Assembly (NCBI RefSeq): GCF_018350175.1 | Contig: NC_058374.1 | Coordinates: 78,678,001-78,742,000 of the forward strand | Length of the DNA stretch: 64,000 nt | DNA from: Felis catus | Taxonomy: Eukaryota | Direction: 5' to 3' | Part shown: in pieces, positions 1 to 12,091 of the stretch | Numbering within the stretch: position 1 is the stretch's first letter | Layout: each line of letters begins with the position of its first letter | Translations under genes and position numbers: made by a program | Notes under the pieces: generated by a model | The model's database searches: none | Seen by the model: only the letters and a program-made list of their open reading frames with translations | Told to the model about the DNA's origin: nothing

Positions 1-2110
1 ACACAAAATCAATTCCAAGCAAACTATAATTATAAATGTCAAATGCAAAACTTTAAAATCTTTAGAAGAAAACATTAGTGAATGTCTTTCTTTTTTTTAT
101 TTATTTAGAGAGACAGAGAGTGTGTGTGGGCAAGCTCTAGCAGGGGAGAGGGGTGGAGGGAGAAAGAGAGAGAATCCCAAGCAGGCTCCGTGCTTGAGTG
201 TAGGGCCCGATGCAGAGCTTGATCCCACGACCCTGGGATCATGACCTGAGCCGAAATCAAGAGTTGGATGCTCAAATGACTGAGCCACCCAGGCGTCCCT
301 CTCTTTCTGACGTTGGTATAAATAAGGATTTTTACGCAAGGCATGATGAATGCTTAATCTGAAAGAAAAGATGGGTAAATTAGACACTAAAATTAAGAAC
401 TTTTATTTATCAAAATATTCAAAGTGAAAAGACAAGCCATAAATTTGAAGGCGATATTTGTGATACATATAAGTGACAAAGTATAATATCTAGAAGTATA
501 AACTTATATAGAAATATAAAAAACACTTAGCATCTAGTAAGAATAAAGCAAACAACCCAACAACAAAAAAATGGGCAAAAGGAAATCCATACAGGTAATA
601 AACACTTAAAGAGATACTCAGCCTCAATAGGAATCACGAAAATGCAAAGTCAGATCAAAAATAAGACTGATTATATCATTTCATTATTGAGAATCAGATG
701 CGTCAGAGAAGATACGAATCTTTTATGTATTGCTGATCAAAGTATAAGTCTTTATTATATGACTTTGGCAAATAACTTTTGTGTTATTCAGTATTTGATT
801 CAGAAATACCAGTCCTAGATGTGTATCACAGAAAAATCCTCACACACATCCATCGGGGACACTTAGAAAAATGTTCGTAGCACCAACTTTGTAAGAGAAA
901 ACAGAACAAAACAATAATAGAGTTATATAAAGTGTCCTGTATTCACGTAACAGAATACTACGAATCCTAGTGAAGACCCTTAGTTCTACAATATTAGATA
1001 AAAAAAAAAAGCAAGTCCTTTTGTAAGTGATATACTTAAAAAACCCAAAACCCCAAACCCAACCAAACAAGAAAAACTAAATAATAATAATAATAATGTT
1101 TACAGGTACATGCATGCATGTAATCAAACTAGAAGAAAAGAAAACAAGGGAATGATGAGAAATTCAAGGAAGGGCTCCCCCCGCCCCCAGATCAAGAAGC
1201 AGAAACAGGCTGGGGAGGCAGTGTGTAGGCATGTGTAAATTGTTAGGGACGTTTGGTTCTTGTGTCTATAAGTGGCTTCATGGGTATTTCATTTTCATTA
1301 TATTAAATACATAATAAAATCAACATCCTATTTATAAGAAATGAAGTCTCAACATAAGGTCCTGTTGAAAACCTAAAGATAAAACATAAAGCCATACAAA
1401 GTGAAAGAACGTGTGCAGGTGAGTGGTTCGAGAGTCAGAACGCACCGCGCGTAGTAGGAGTGAGCAATTCTTCATGAAACTTATTTCCCTTTAGGTGCGT
1501 GAGCATGGAGGTAGGTACGGATTCACGATATAAAATCCGTTTCTTATTTTGAGCTGTGGTTAAACAATAGTTTGACTGCCAGTAGCCCAAACATCCTCTT
1601 GCCACAGTACGACAGCGGAAACGTACCTACAGGTTCACACCGGCATTGTTTGTTAGCACAAAAACAAAGGTGCACAGATGTATACCCGCAGGGGAATGGA
1701 GAGAGAATCACACACTGGGATACTACGCAGCAGTGACAAACGAACCAAGCTGTACGCATCAAAAGCTCACATACAGAATGTCGGGGAGGGAAAAGCAAGT
1801 CATAAAAACAACGTAATCCTATTTTTGTAAAGCTTAATGTTAGGCAAAACTGAACAAATGCTGAGGGACTCATGCACACCGGAGGCTAAAGAAAAGCAAA
1901 GGAACGCTCACTACAAACCCCTGAGAGTGGTTACTTTGGAGATGGGATAGGGTCAGGGACCGAAGATGCTATGATCAGGAAGGGTCCCACGTGGGGCTTC
2001 GAAGGTACTGGTGGGTACACAAGGATCTGTTCTTATTACTGTTGCGATTTAAATCATTAAATGTAGGTTATAGGCACACATTCTTTTGCACGTATGAGAA
2101 GTTTATAAAA
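1..2110 (+). mobile_element. Old L1 (L1M-type) 3'-end fragments, interrupted by a SINE; boundaries approximate
   Basis: A-rich sequence with degenerate L1 ORF2 3'/3'UTR motifs (aaaatcaattcc, tagaagaaaacat, aagacaagcca, aaaatgggcaaa, aatgttcgtagca). Confidence 0.7.
88..299 (-). mobile_element. Can-SINE (SINEC)
   Basis: tRNA-derived head, (CT)n linker and A-rich tail in reverse. Confidence 0.9.
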
Positions 2111-3785
2111 CAGAAAGAAAATGCTGACCAGCGTGTGCTGTCTGGTTCCTGGTTCCTCCTGCAGTTTAGAGGCTCGATCCTGTCCCAGGTGCCTACCTAG
2201 TCTTGGCACTGGAACCCCAGACCCAGTCTCTTTCCCTCCTGTCTGCCTTCCCTCTGCTTCCAGACGAGCCTTCCTAAACTGCATCGCACACCAGGGTGGT
2301 GGTCTGCTCAAGCACCTTCTGTGGCTCCCCATTTCTCACCCCATAAGCCCAAACTCCTTGGCTCTGCACATTTCCCCCACCTGAAGGATCCTTCCTTCCC
2401 TCTCCTCCTCTTTCCTTCAAGGCCCATTCCAGGTCAGGGACCTCCACTCTCCCACCTGGGCTGACAGAACAGCCCCTTCCGGCCCCTGTCAGAACTCTGC
2501 AAGGTGAGGTCACAAAGCCCCCTGGGAGGGAGCAGCTTTGTCCCCAGAGGCGAGGATTCTGGGAGCTCCCTGGGCTGGAGCTGGGCTTAGGTGCGCCCCG
2601 GAGGCTTGGAGAGACGACAGCTCTTTTCATCATGGTGAGACTTGTCTATGTGGCACATTGGGTCACATGGGATGAGGGGGTCTTGGACTCTGCCCAGATC
2701 TGTTGGACCTAGCCAGGCACAAGCTTGTCTGCTGTGTCTACAGCTTTTGGGAATGGGACCCGGAAAGGGTGGCCTGTGGGAGTCTGTTCATATCCATTTC
2801 CCATACCCCCTCTGCCCTGGAAAGCAATTTGCACTGGGTTTGGCGTGAACAGTTCCTGTTGTCTGGGTTGAAGAGTGTGTGTGACTTTAATGTTCCTCAG
2901 GGTGTAGAGCAAAGAACATGCACTTAAGACGCAGTCTAGCTCAGCTCGACTGGCAGGGTCACTCATGTCCCACTGGGTCCCTACTTCCTCAGACAGTAGA
3001 TGTAATGAGCTTCAGCTTGCCCAAGGAAGGATAAGGGAGACAGTAACACCCACCTGGCCTACTTCACAGGTGGTCTTGAGCCCAGGTGAGACGGTGGAGA
3101 TAGAAGACCTTGAAGAGAATAAGGCCCTGTGCGTCAGTTACCGAGCCCAGGCGGTTTATGGGCTGGTATGTGAGGACAGGTGCAGGAAAGGGAAAAGGCC
3201 CCCTGATTTTGTCCCTTCTAGATAGCTCTCCCCATAGTGGCCTTGGGTTTAGCGAAGGAGCTAGAATCTGGATCCCTGTCGCTGATTAGTAGCATTCATC
3301 AAGTTAAAGGAGTTTCTTTATATTCAGAGATTTTTGAAAGTACTTTTAAATTAGGAATCACTGTTGGATCTTTAAAAATGGTGTTTGTATTAATTGCCAT
3401 GATCCTATGTGAATGACCATAACTGATTTGCTAGAGTCTAACTACCCCTGTTGCCTGGGATAAACCCTATGTGATCTCAGCCCAATGACTCGACAGATTA
3501 TCGGCCTGCGTTGTTCTTTGTGCCATCCCTTCGACATTACCTTTGGCATCTCTAGACCCGATAGAGCATCCGCCAGTGTGCCCGTCAACCCTCGGCAATA
3601 GGAAAGACGATCATCCCCATTTTCCAGACAGAGAAACAGAGGCCCAGAGTAGTCAGATGACCTGCTCATGAGGGAAGGTGGAGGGGTTGGTCCTGGAGCT
3701 GTCTTGCGGGCTTCGGTTGAGTGCCCTTGTTGGCTGTCCTCCTCGCCCTGACCCTCTCCTGTCCTGTGCTGCCTCCGCCCCACAG

Positions 3786-6700
3786 TGCGAGGAGGTACAG
3801 GCGAGCGTGCAGAAACACACGCAGGGCCTGCGACACAGTAAGGAGGAGCTGAACAGGCTTAACCAGGCCATCCAGCGGCTGACTGCGGAGGTGAACAGTG
3901 CTAAGAGTCAGGTGAGGGGTGGGGGTGGCGCACCGGAGTGATGAACGGTGGGAGGGTGTCCATTATCTATGACAGCTCCACTAGTCGTCCCCCTCCTCTG
4001 GAGTAGATGGGTAGAGTTTCTCTTTGTGAGTGTCCGAACAAACGGAAGTGTGGCTTTACACATGTACATCACGCTGCCTTTGCCTGGGACTCTGTAGTAG
4101 TTCACGTGGGCATGTAACTGACCCATAGGTAAAATACGTATAAATCTGTACGTTTGTTTGCCTATCAGTTTTCATGCGCACGTGCGATTTTGTATCTGCA
4201 TGCTTTGTTTGTCCTACATAGCATTAAACTTGAGCCCTTCTTTGGGAATCGCAAGACGTTCCGTAGAAATCCGGTTTTCTGGGTTCTCTTTATTTTATTT
4301 TATTTTATTTTATTTATTTATTTATTTTAATTTTTTTTTCAACGTTTATTTATTTTTGGGACAGAGAGAGACAGAGCATGAATGGGGGAGGGGCAGAGAG
4401 AGAGGGAGACACAGAATCGGAAACAGGCTCCAGGCTCTGAGCCATCAGCCCAGAGCCCGACGCGGGGCTCGAACTCACGGACCGCGAGATCGTGACCTGG
4501 CTGAAGTCGGACGCTTAACCGACTGCGCCACCCAGACGCCCCTCTGGGTTCTCTTTAAATAATGCACGGAGTTGGCAACATTCTGCTAGGGAAGGGAGGC
4601 TTCTGTCTTCTCTGTCGCCTTCACACAAGGCCGTGCTCCTTTTGTGTGCATCGACCCCACCACCCTGAGCTGCGTCCTTTGATGCAGAGGCAGAGGGCTC
4701 TTGCCATTTTCTCATCATCTTGGCTGTTGCTGTTATCATCCTTGTGGAAGGCAAAAGGTACCAACACCCGCGTCTCTAAATTAGAGATGTGAGAGGCTGA
4801 AACCGTGAAAGAGGTCCTGGTGATTGTGGGAGACGGACGATGTGCGGATTTCTTTCTGGAACTGGACACTATTGCTAGAGGATTCACATTTGGCCTTCAC
4901 CTTGGGATGCCTCCAGCCAGGCCTCTGGAGGCATTCGGGTTTGCAGCTCAGCTCAGGCTCTAGGCTTAGGAAAGAGAGGTTCCCACATGGATGTTTTCTT
5001 TCCTCCGACTTCTCTGCCTCTCAATCTCCCCTCTCTCCTCCCAGCTGCCCTGTCAAGCCCCCTGGGCTCATACTTTACCTGCAGAGGGAAGGGGTTCTGC
5101 TCCCTGTTTCCCCTGCTTTCTGTGGATACAAGTGTCTGAGGCTCTGAGGGGTCCTCCCTTCTTCAGGAACTGATGACTGTGAGGAGGGACAAGCTGTTCA
5201 GGTTCAAGGGGGTGGCACAGTGAATGGATGGGCCTGTCATGGTTCAGTCTGCCACCGGCCTCTGCTGTTCTGATCACAGTCCCCCAATCCCCCACCCCCA
5301 GTTTCCTAAGCAGCAAGCAAAGCTCATCAAGGCCAGCGTTTATTATTGTTCTATTTCTGCAGAGACTATGGAGCTAGTTTCTGGTGAGGAAAGGATATCC
5401 TTCTTGTTAGTTTCCCTGATGAAATAATAAACCTAGCATTATGTGCTCAGGAGCATTTGATGCTTCCTGGATCCTAGCTCCTTTGAGAAGAGTTACCATA
5501 TTAGACGTGAAAGGCTCTGTCTCAGCCATCTCGGATGGCTGGTCCCAAATCTCCACACTGGGAGCTGCGCTGACACAGACACATTTTTTGGAACAGGAAG
5601 GCCCGTTCCATACAGTGATCTCTAATCCCTCATTGGCCCTCTGGCCTCCAAGAAGGGTCTGGATCTTTGATGGGGGAGGGGGTGGGGGCCAAGGATGTCC
5701 TGTCCGTGCTCTTCCCTTCGCCCCCAGCCCTGTGAACTAGACAGAGCCAGGGAGCCACGAGCTCTGCAGGAGGAGAGTGCCTCAGATAGTGCCCAGGGCA
5801 AGCTGGCCTGGCTGGAGGCCGCCCTGCAGCGAGCCAAGCAGGACATGGCCCGGCAGCTGCGGGAGTACCAGGAGCTCATGATCGTGAAGCTGGGCCTGGA
5901 CTTCGAGATCGCCACCTACCGCAAGCTGCTGGAGGGCGAGGAGAGCAGGTGGGGGCTGGGCGGTGCTTTGGGTGTGGCCACGGGCGAGGAGTGCAGGGGC
6001 CCAGGGAGGTCACCATCTGGGTCCTCACCAGCTGGGGAGGGGGGGTGGTGGGGAGAGAAGACCTGGGGATCCAGGGCCTTGCTCTCCTGGAGCCAATTTC
6101 TCCCCACCAGCTTAAGGCCCTCTAGGGATGGGCACCTGGGATGGGACGACACATGGTCACACACCCCCAAGGGCAGAGAGCAGGGGCCAGTCTGTCGCTG
6201 CAAGGACCAAGGCCTAGCCAGGGGGAATAATGTCTCCAGTTTGGAGTGCCTTCTCAGTTCTGCCCTTCTTGCCCTGAAGGCAGGGTTTATGGGAACAGGC
6301 AGGGCCTGGCTTTTAACCTCAGACTGCAGTAGAGACCCAAGGGCTGCTAGCTCCAGCTGGGTACCCCAGGCTGAGGGGAGGGACAGGGAACCTGCCATGC
6401 AACAGGCATGCAGCATTTATTATCTTTCAACCCCACAAAACCCCTGGGAGGGAGGTGCTGTCATCCCCGTTTTATAGATGGGGAAACTGAGTCTCAGGGT
6501 AAAGGACCACCTCAAGGACACACAGGTAGAAAGCGACTGGGTGTGGCTTGACCAATAGTCTTCAGATGATTGAGCTATCTCCTCTATAGTGTCTTTTAAA
6601 ATGTTCCCTTCATGGTCTCCCCTTTTAGGCTAAGTTTAGGCCAAAGAAAGCGTCGTCAGCCTTCTCCCTCCTCCAAGAGGTCATCGATAAAATCGGACTA

Positions 6701-7611
6701 TCTGAATTTAAGGAGGAAAGATCGAGTTTAAGCTCCAGAGGAGTCTGATGCAAAAGGGCTGTGGGGATCTGAGAGAACCAGGGGCATGTACATCTCTCTG
6801 CCCGTCCGGGGAGGGCCAGGAAAGTTTTGTTTTGGAGAATGGGGATTATTATACCCAGGAGGGATGTTCACTCACCTGCTTCCTCCTTCTCTCCGCAGGC
6901 TTGGTCTGGGATTTGGGGCAGGAAGCTTCAGTAAGTAAATAATAGACATAGCTTGGGTTAGAGGAGTTCAATCTTATCCCCCACACCCCTTCGTGTGCAT
7001 TCTCTTGGGAAGGGATTTGGGATTTGGGATCTGCTTCCTCTGTGTGTCTCCCTCTTGTGGGGGGCTGTTTATTCTCTCGGGGGTGATTCTTTGTGTGTGT
7101 TGAAGGGGGAGGTCTTGTGGTCTGTTCTTTGGGGGCAGGTTCTGTTGGTTTGCCCTGGGGTGTGGGAGGGTGTTCTTGTGGGTCTGTCCTTGTGGAAGAG
7201 ACTGTTTGATTCTCACGTGGGGAGAACCTGAGTGTCCGAGTTCAGGGAGGGGGGCCTTCTGGAGTCTGTTTCTTGGAGGAAGGGGTCTGCACCAAGACCC
7301 CTTGGTCTTTGGGGAGTTTGCACCTCTGACTCCTGGAGAGGAGGAGGGTCTTTGAGGCTACTCTCTGGGAGAGGAGTCTGTATGTCTGTCTTCTGGGGGC
7401 GGAGCGGGAGAGGACGGCTTCTCCTCTGACAGCCACGCTTTGCTCAGCCCTGGGCAGCGGGCTGGGCTCAGCCTCTGGCCCGGCCAACCTGCTGCCTCCC
7501 CGAGCGGGCTCCGGCGCCCTGGACACGAGCGCCCCTGGCGGCGGCTGCGCGCTCTGCGGCTCCCCCGGATGCTTCGGGGGCTTTGGCTGCAGCGGTGCCC
7601 GCAGATGTTGA
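3786..7611 (+). CDS. KRT88: Divergent type II keratin, 3' part only (exons 6-9); KRT88-like by position; 5' exons not in window
   Basis: Exons with AG/GT ends and canonical type II keratin sizes: 3786-3911 (126 bp, [11 protein letters not shown]...AKSQ), 5728-5948 (221 bp, ends [21 protein letters not shown]), 6899-6930 (32 bp, [10 protein letters not shown]), 7433-7611 ([10 protein letters not shown]...[11 protein letters not shown] 7609-7611). Spliced frame is open (185 aa). Keratin identity is secure; the symbol is inferred from synteny next to KRT81, and exon 6 and the tail do not match KRT7. Confidence 0.6.
4293..4542 (-). mobile_element. Young felid SINEC_Fc-type element with 15-bp TSD
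   Basis: CpG-intact body; TSD TCTGGGTTCTCTTTA at 4278-4292 and 4543-4557. Confidence 0.95.
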
Positions 7612-7916
7612 ACCTTCCTGCCATGCTCTGGAGAAAAAGAACCCTAGCTTCTGCCCCAAGGACTTGACCCTCTGTCTCAGACGCCCCCTCCCACGGAGCT
7701 AGCCGTCACCTCATCTTTCCCTCTTGCCTGCCCCCACCCCGGAGCGTAAAGTCTTGGAATCTAATTTACCGGACGGTGACTGCCCGGTTTCCAGGGTGAA
7801 GATAGCCCGGATGCTGAGCCACTGAGGAGGCCGTGTGGCTTACCTGGACCCAGCACCCTGTCCCTCTGACCTGCCCCCACCCCTTCACTCTTATTTTCCT
7901 AGGACTCCTCCTTTGC

Positions 7917-7922
7917 AATAAA
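7917..7922 (+). terminator. Polyadenylation signal of KRT88-like gene
   Basis: AATAAA ~305 bp after the stop codon. Confidence 0.75.
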
Positions 7923-7992
7923 AGTTCTTCAGTGGACTGAGCCCCTGGGCTGTTTGTGCCTGGATTCCTCAAGCTAGGTACAGAGCCAAGAC

Positions 7993-8042
7993 GAAGCTGG
8001 CTGGATTTGGGGGTAGGGAAGCTGGCTGGATTTGGGGGTAGG
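7993..8042. repeat. Perfect 25-bp tandem duplication
   Basis: GAAGCTGGCTGGATTTGGGGGTAGG x2. Confidence 0.9.
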
Positions 8043-11000
8043 GGAGAAAAGGAGCGAACACTACCAGGAAGCAGCCCTCCCCTTGCGGAGTGTGGGTCCA
8101 CATGACTTCAGTTTATGGTGATGTCACTGAACCAGGATCCTGAGGTTGGTGGTGGTGGTGGGTTGACAGAGGACCCTTGGGGAAAGTGAAAGAAGGGGTT
8201 CATTCCTCCTCAGACCTGCTTATTCCCCAGCCTGGGGCCCGCATTTCACCATGTCTGGTTGCTGAGCGCTGCCTTCATTCATCCAGTCACTCGCCCTACA
8301 GACACTTACCGAATGGCTTCTGAGGGTCAGGGGCAGTATTGAGTGAGCCAGGCACTCTGGTTCTGGCCCTGCACAGGACGTTCTGGTGGGGAGGCAGGCC
8401 CAAACCAGCCCCAAAGAGAATGGAGGAGGTGGGGAGGAGGGCAAATCACCCTCTGCCGGCCTGGCAGGGGCACTTGAGGACAGGCTCCGGGGAAGACGGC
8501 CCTCGAAGATTCTGGCGGGGGGGATATGAACACAGCTGGGTGGCCCAGGCCTGGGTTCTAGTTTAACAAATGACCCGATGGTGGGCTGGGAGAGCATGTC
8601 TTTGGAAGCAGATGGAGCTTCTGGCTCTGCCTCTATTTCCAGGTCTATGGTGTTGTTTGCTGTGGGTTTTTACAAGGCAACTGGACTTTGAGGGGCAGAA
8701 GACAGGCCAGTTTGCGGGGGTGGTGGGTGGCCAGAGAAGGGCTGGATCTCTGGGCTCTCTCTTTGCCACACAGGCCCGAGAGAAGCTTCCACTCGGTGAA
8801 CTCACAGTCTTTTCTATTGCACAAAGGGTTACATCATCAGCACATGCAGGGAACAATGGTTCCTGCTTTCTATGTCCCTGGGTGGGGTTAAGGTGCGTCA
8901 TTGGCCAGAGGCCTTGGCTTTACCTTTTAAGGTACACTATGTCTGCTGTGTTCTCCTGGGTCCCTGCCCAGAAAACAGGTATCCAAAAAGGCCCCCTTCC
9001 TGGGTAAACAGAACTGTATCATGCAAGAGGAATGAGACCGAAACTTGGCATAAGGACTGCCACGCAGCAGGGGGGCAGGGGACACGGACCCATTGGACGC
9101 ACACATCAGCCCCATTTGGCCAATTCTGACCGACACCAACTGTATAAACAAACGTTCTTACCGACACTCTCAGTGCAAAGCAGCTGAGAGCCGAGCTGCC
9201 CCTTTGCGAGGTTTTGCGGTTGGGCTCCAGGTTCCCTGCATTTTGCTAGGAAGGTAATGACGTTCTGTGATCTTCAAGGTCAGGTTTTGCCAGCTCCTGC
9301 TGTGCTGATAATGTCAAGGAAAGGACTTGGAGGGAGGTGCCAAGGGAACTCTCACCTGGAGTCGTTGGCTGGGTTTATGGTGAGCATTCTGCGGCCCACA
9401 CCACGGAGGGCTGGCTGTTCACGTTTTCCCGTTTTGAATCCCAAGCCTGACGTCAGTCCAGATCCCATGGGCTGCTGGGTCAGGCTTGCGTGTCTTGCGT
9501 GGGCCACCAGCCATGTTTGTGGTTTGGGGACCGATTCTCTGAGTGGCTTCCCTGGCCACGGGCCACATTCCAGCCTGGGGTGGGAGAGAACTGTGTGGTG
9601 CATTTATAGAGAGTCTTACCAGCCTATTTACAAGCTTTGTTAGTCAAGGTGACTTCTGAAGGGAGGTGGGTGTCACCAGTTAAGACATCACTTCTCAGCA
9701 GAACGGGACCACTAGGGGGTCAGCCTTCTTCTGCTCTGGCCTGCCTCATACTTGATAGCACTTAGACGTGACAGATGTGACTTAGATGTTGGCATCTCTA
9801 TATAAGCCCCTCAGAGCCAGTGACTGTCTTGTCAACCCATCTCTAGGGCCTGCCATGCAGTGGATATGAACGGATGAACGGGTGAACGGGTAGAGTGAGG
9901 CTCTGTGGTCCTGTGTGGTCAGCTCTGGCCTTGGACGCATTGGGTCATTCTTCCATTAACCTATCTCACCCCATGGAAACCCCTCAGGAGTCTCTGGATG
10001 AGTCTACACACAATCCTTCCTGATGAAATTCCAGCTGCAATGTATCAGCCAGGCCAGCCTAGAGTAAGGAAGGAAGGGTCTGGATTCTGTTCCCAATCTT
10101 GCTGTTACCCTGGCCCAAACACTGCCTGTTTCTGAGTCTCAGCCCTGCCCTCCCCGGATCTAACTGGTGAAGATTCATCTGTCCCTTTTCATTTTCCTCC
10201 TTACTGAACCTCTCTGCACCATAGTTGACCGGCAAAATGAGAATAGTCCCTGTCACAGGATTGTGTGAAAAATATATTACTATATGCAAAGGCCTTAAAA
10301 CATAGTAAGAGTTACATAAATGCAATGAATATCTCAGGTACTGGAGTCTTGGGAAAGGCTTTGAGCACCTTCAACAGAAGGCTCTACAAGTCTAAGGCCA
10401 GCTGGTCTCCTGCTGCCCCAGCTGGAGCTAGACTGTCTACAGGGCAGGAGGGGAAGTAGGGAACCCCACGGGTTAGAGCTGGGGCTCCCTGGCCAGAGGG
10501 CACCTCCCCAGGATGACACCCAGCGGCACCTACCCTCACCACTCCTGCCTTAGCCCGGTTCTCCGCCTCCTCCCCCATCAGCACATGAGTCCGCCTGTCA
10601 CTCACACTGCGGTACCCACAGAGCTCCCCGCTTCAGCACGGACACACAGGCATGTGCACATTCACACACACAATCACACATGTAGAAATGCTCACAGTCT
10701 CTCTCACACACACACAGGTGCTTCCACACAGATGCCCGGAGATGTGCACGTACCTGGATGCGATCATATTGTTCTACTCACAGACAGCTGCCCACAGACA
10801 GTGAGCTCTGCGGAAGGAAGGTATAGCCAGCATGCACACCGCACGGCTACATGGCATCTGGGGTCCCCACCTCCCCCTGCCTCTAGCTCCTGGTCCTGTC
10901 CCACCTCTCCTGAGGACCAATGGAGCTTTTACATCGGTAAGGGGCCTCAGCAGCCATCTGGTCCAAACATTTTATGTCACTAGTGAATACACTGAGGCCC

Positions 11001-11819
11001 AGAGAGGGGAGGTAACTTGCCACAGGTCACACAGCGAGGCGTTCCGTTTTTGTCACCGTTCTGCTTCAGGAGTATTATGTACTTGTTTCATTCACTCTTG
11101 CTCCTCTTCCTGAGCCTTTCCAGGAGTGGGAACTGGAAGGAGGCTGAGAGTAAGTAAGGCCATCAGGGCCCGGCTGGGCTGATGAGACCAGTGCGATGGG
11201 AAGGGAGGGGTCGGTTGGCGGAGATGAGAAGCTCATTGGGTAGTTTCCGAACTGGGGAGGGATGGAGTGATGGAGCTGGGGTTTGGGCCTCAGGTCTGGA
11301 CTCCTGATGGCCTGCTTCTGAGCTGTGTGGTGTCACAGCACAGAGAGCTGGTTAGAACAACCTCATAGTCTGGATCTCTCCCAGGGTCCTGGCCTGCTCA
11401 GAATTCCATCAGGAGGGGAGAGGGGACATACTAGTGGGTGGGGGGCCTTGGATTGATCCTCTACCTTAAAAGAGCTTGGTCTTTTCAGACCACTTGCTTC
11501 TGGGCTCTCAATATTATTTATTTCTATTGCCCTGAAGGATGGGGGTGGGTTTAGATTTCTGCTACAGTTTTCCGGGCCTGGAAGTTTAGAGATTTGCCCT
11601 GCTGTACAGATATGTATTCAGGGACTTGCCTTCGCCATAGCAAGATGGAGGGACCATCTCCTTACTTTCTTTGCTACTTGTAAGATCCTCATAGTGTCAC
11701 GGGGAAAACAGTTCTCTGCACATAGGAGCTCAGTGGCCCTGGAATACGTGGAGATTTCTCTCTCTATTTGCTGTCTCTGATCACACAGCTGAGTGTAATA
11801 TGAGGGAAATGTAATCTGT

Positions 11820-12091
11820 TTATTTATTTATTTATTGTTAAAAATTTTTAAAGATATTTATTCACTTTTTTAATGAAAAAACTTTTTTTAAATGTTTATT
11901 TATTTTTGAGATAGAGAGACTGAGCATGAGCAGGGGAGGGGCAGACAGAGAAGGAGATACAGAATCCGAAGTGGGTTCCAAGGTCCGAGCTGTCAACACC
12001 GAGCCTGACGCGGGACTCGAACTCACGGAGTGTGAGATCGTGACCTGAGCTCAAGTTGGACACTTGATCAACTGAGCCCCCCAGGCGCCCC
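11820..12091 (-). mobile_element. Can-SINE
   Basis: SINEC body with long AT-rich tail; TGTAATC flanks. Confidence 0.9.

Noticed and set aside
88-299. tRNA genes
   Set aside because: All tRNA-like A/B-box sequences are SINE heads followed by CT linkers and poly(A).
2339-2509. CTGCAAG|GTGAGG resembling the end of keratin exon 5
   Set aside because: The preceding 165 bp has no keratin similarity and no acceptor at the expected position.
4158-4562. Recurrent ORFs like ...[22 protein letters not shown]... and MAQSVK.PTSAQVM...
   Set aside because: Translations of Can-SINE bodies.
5949-6477. Extension of the 260-aa ORF beyond exon 7
   Set aside because: Read-through into intron 7 past a canonical donor at 5949; exon 8 follows at 6899.
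3786-7611. Calling the first gene KRT7
   Set aside because: Only the 3' part of exon 7 is KRT7-like; exon 6, exon 8 and the Cys-containing tail are not.
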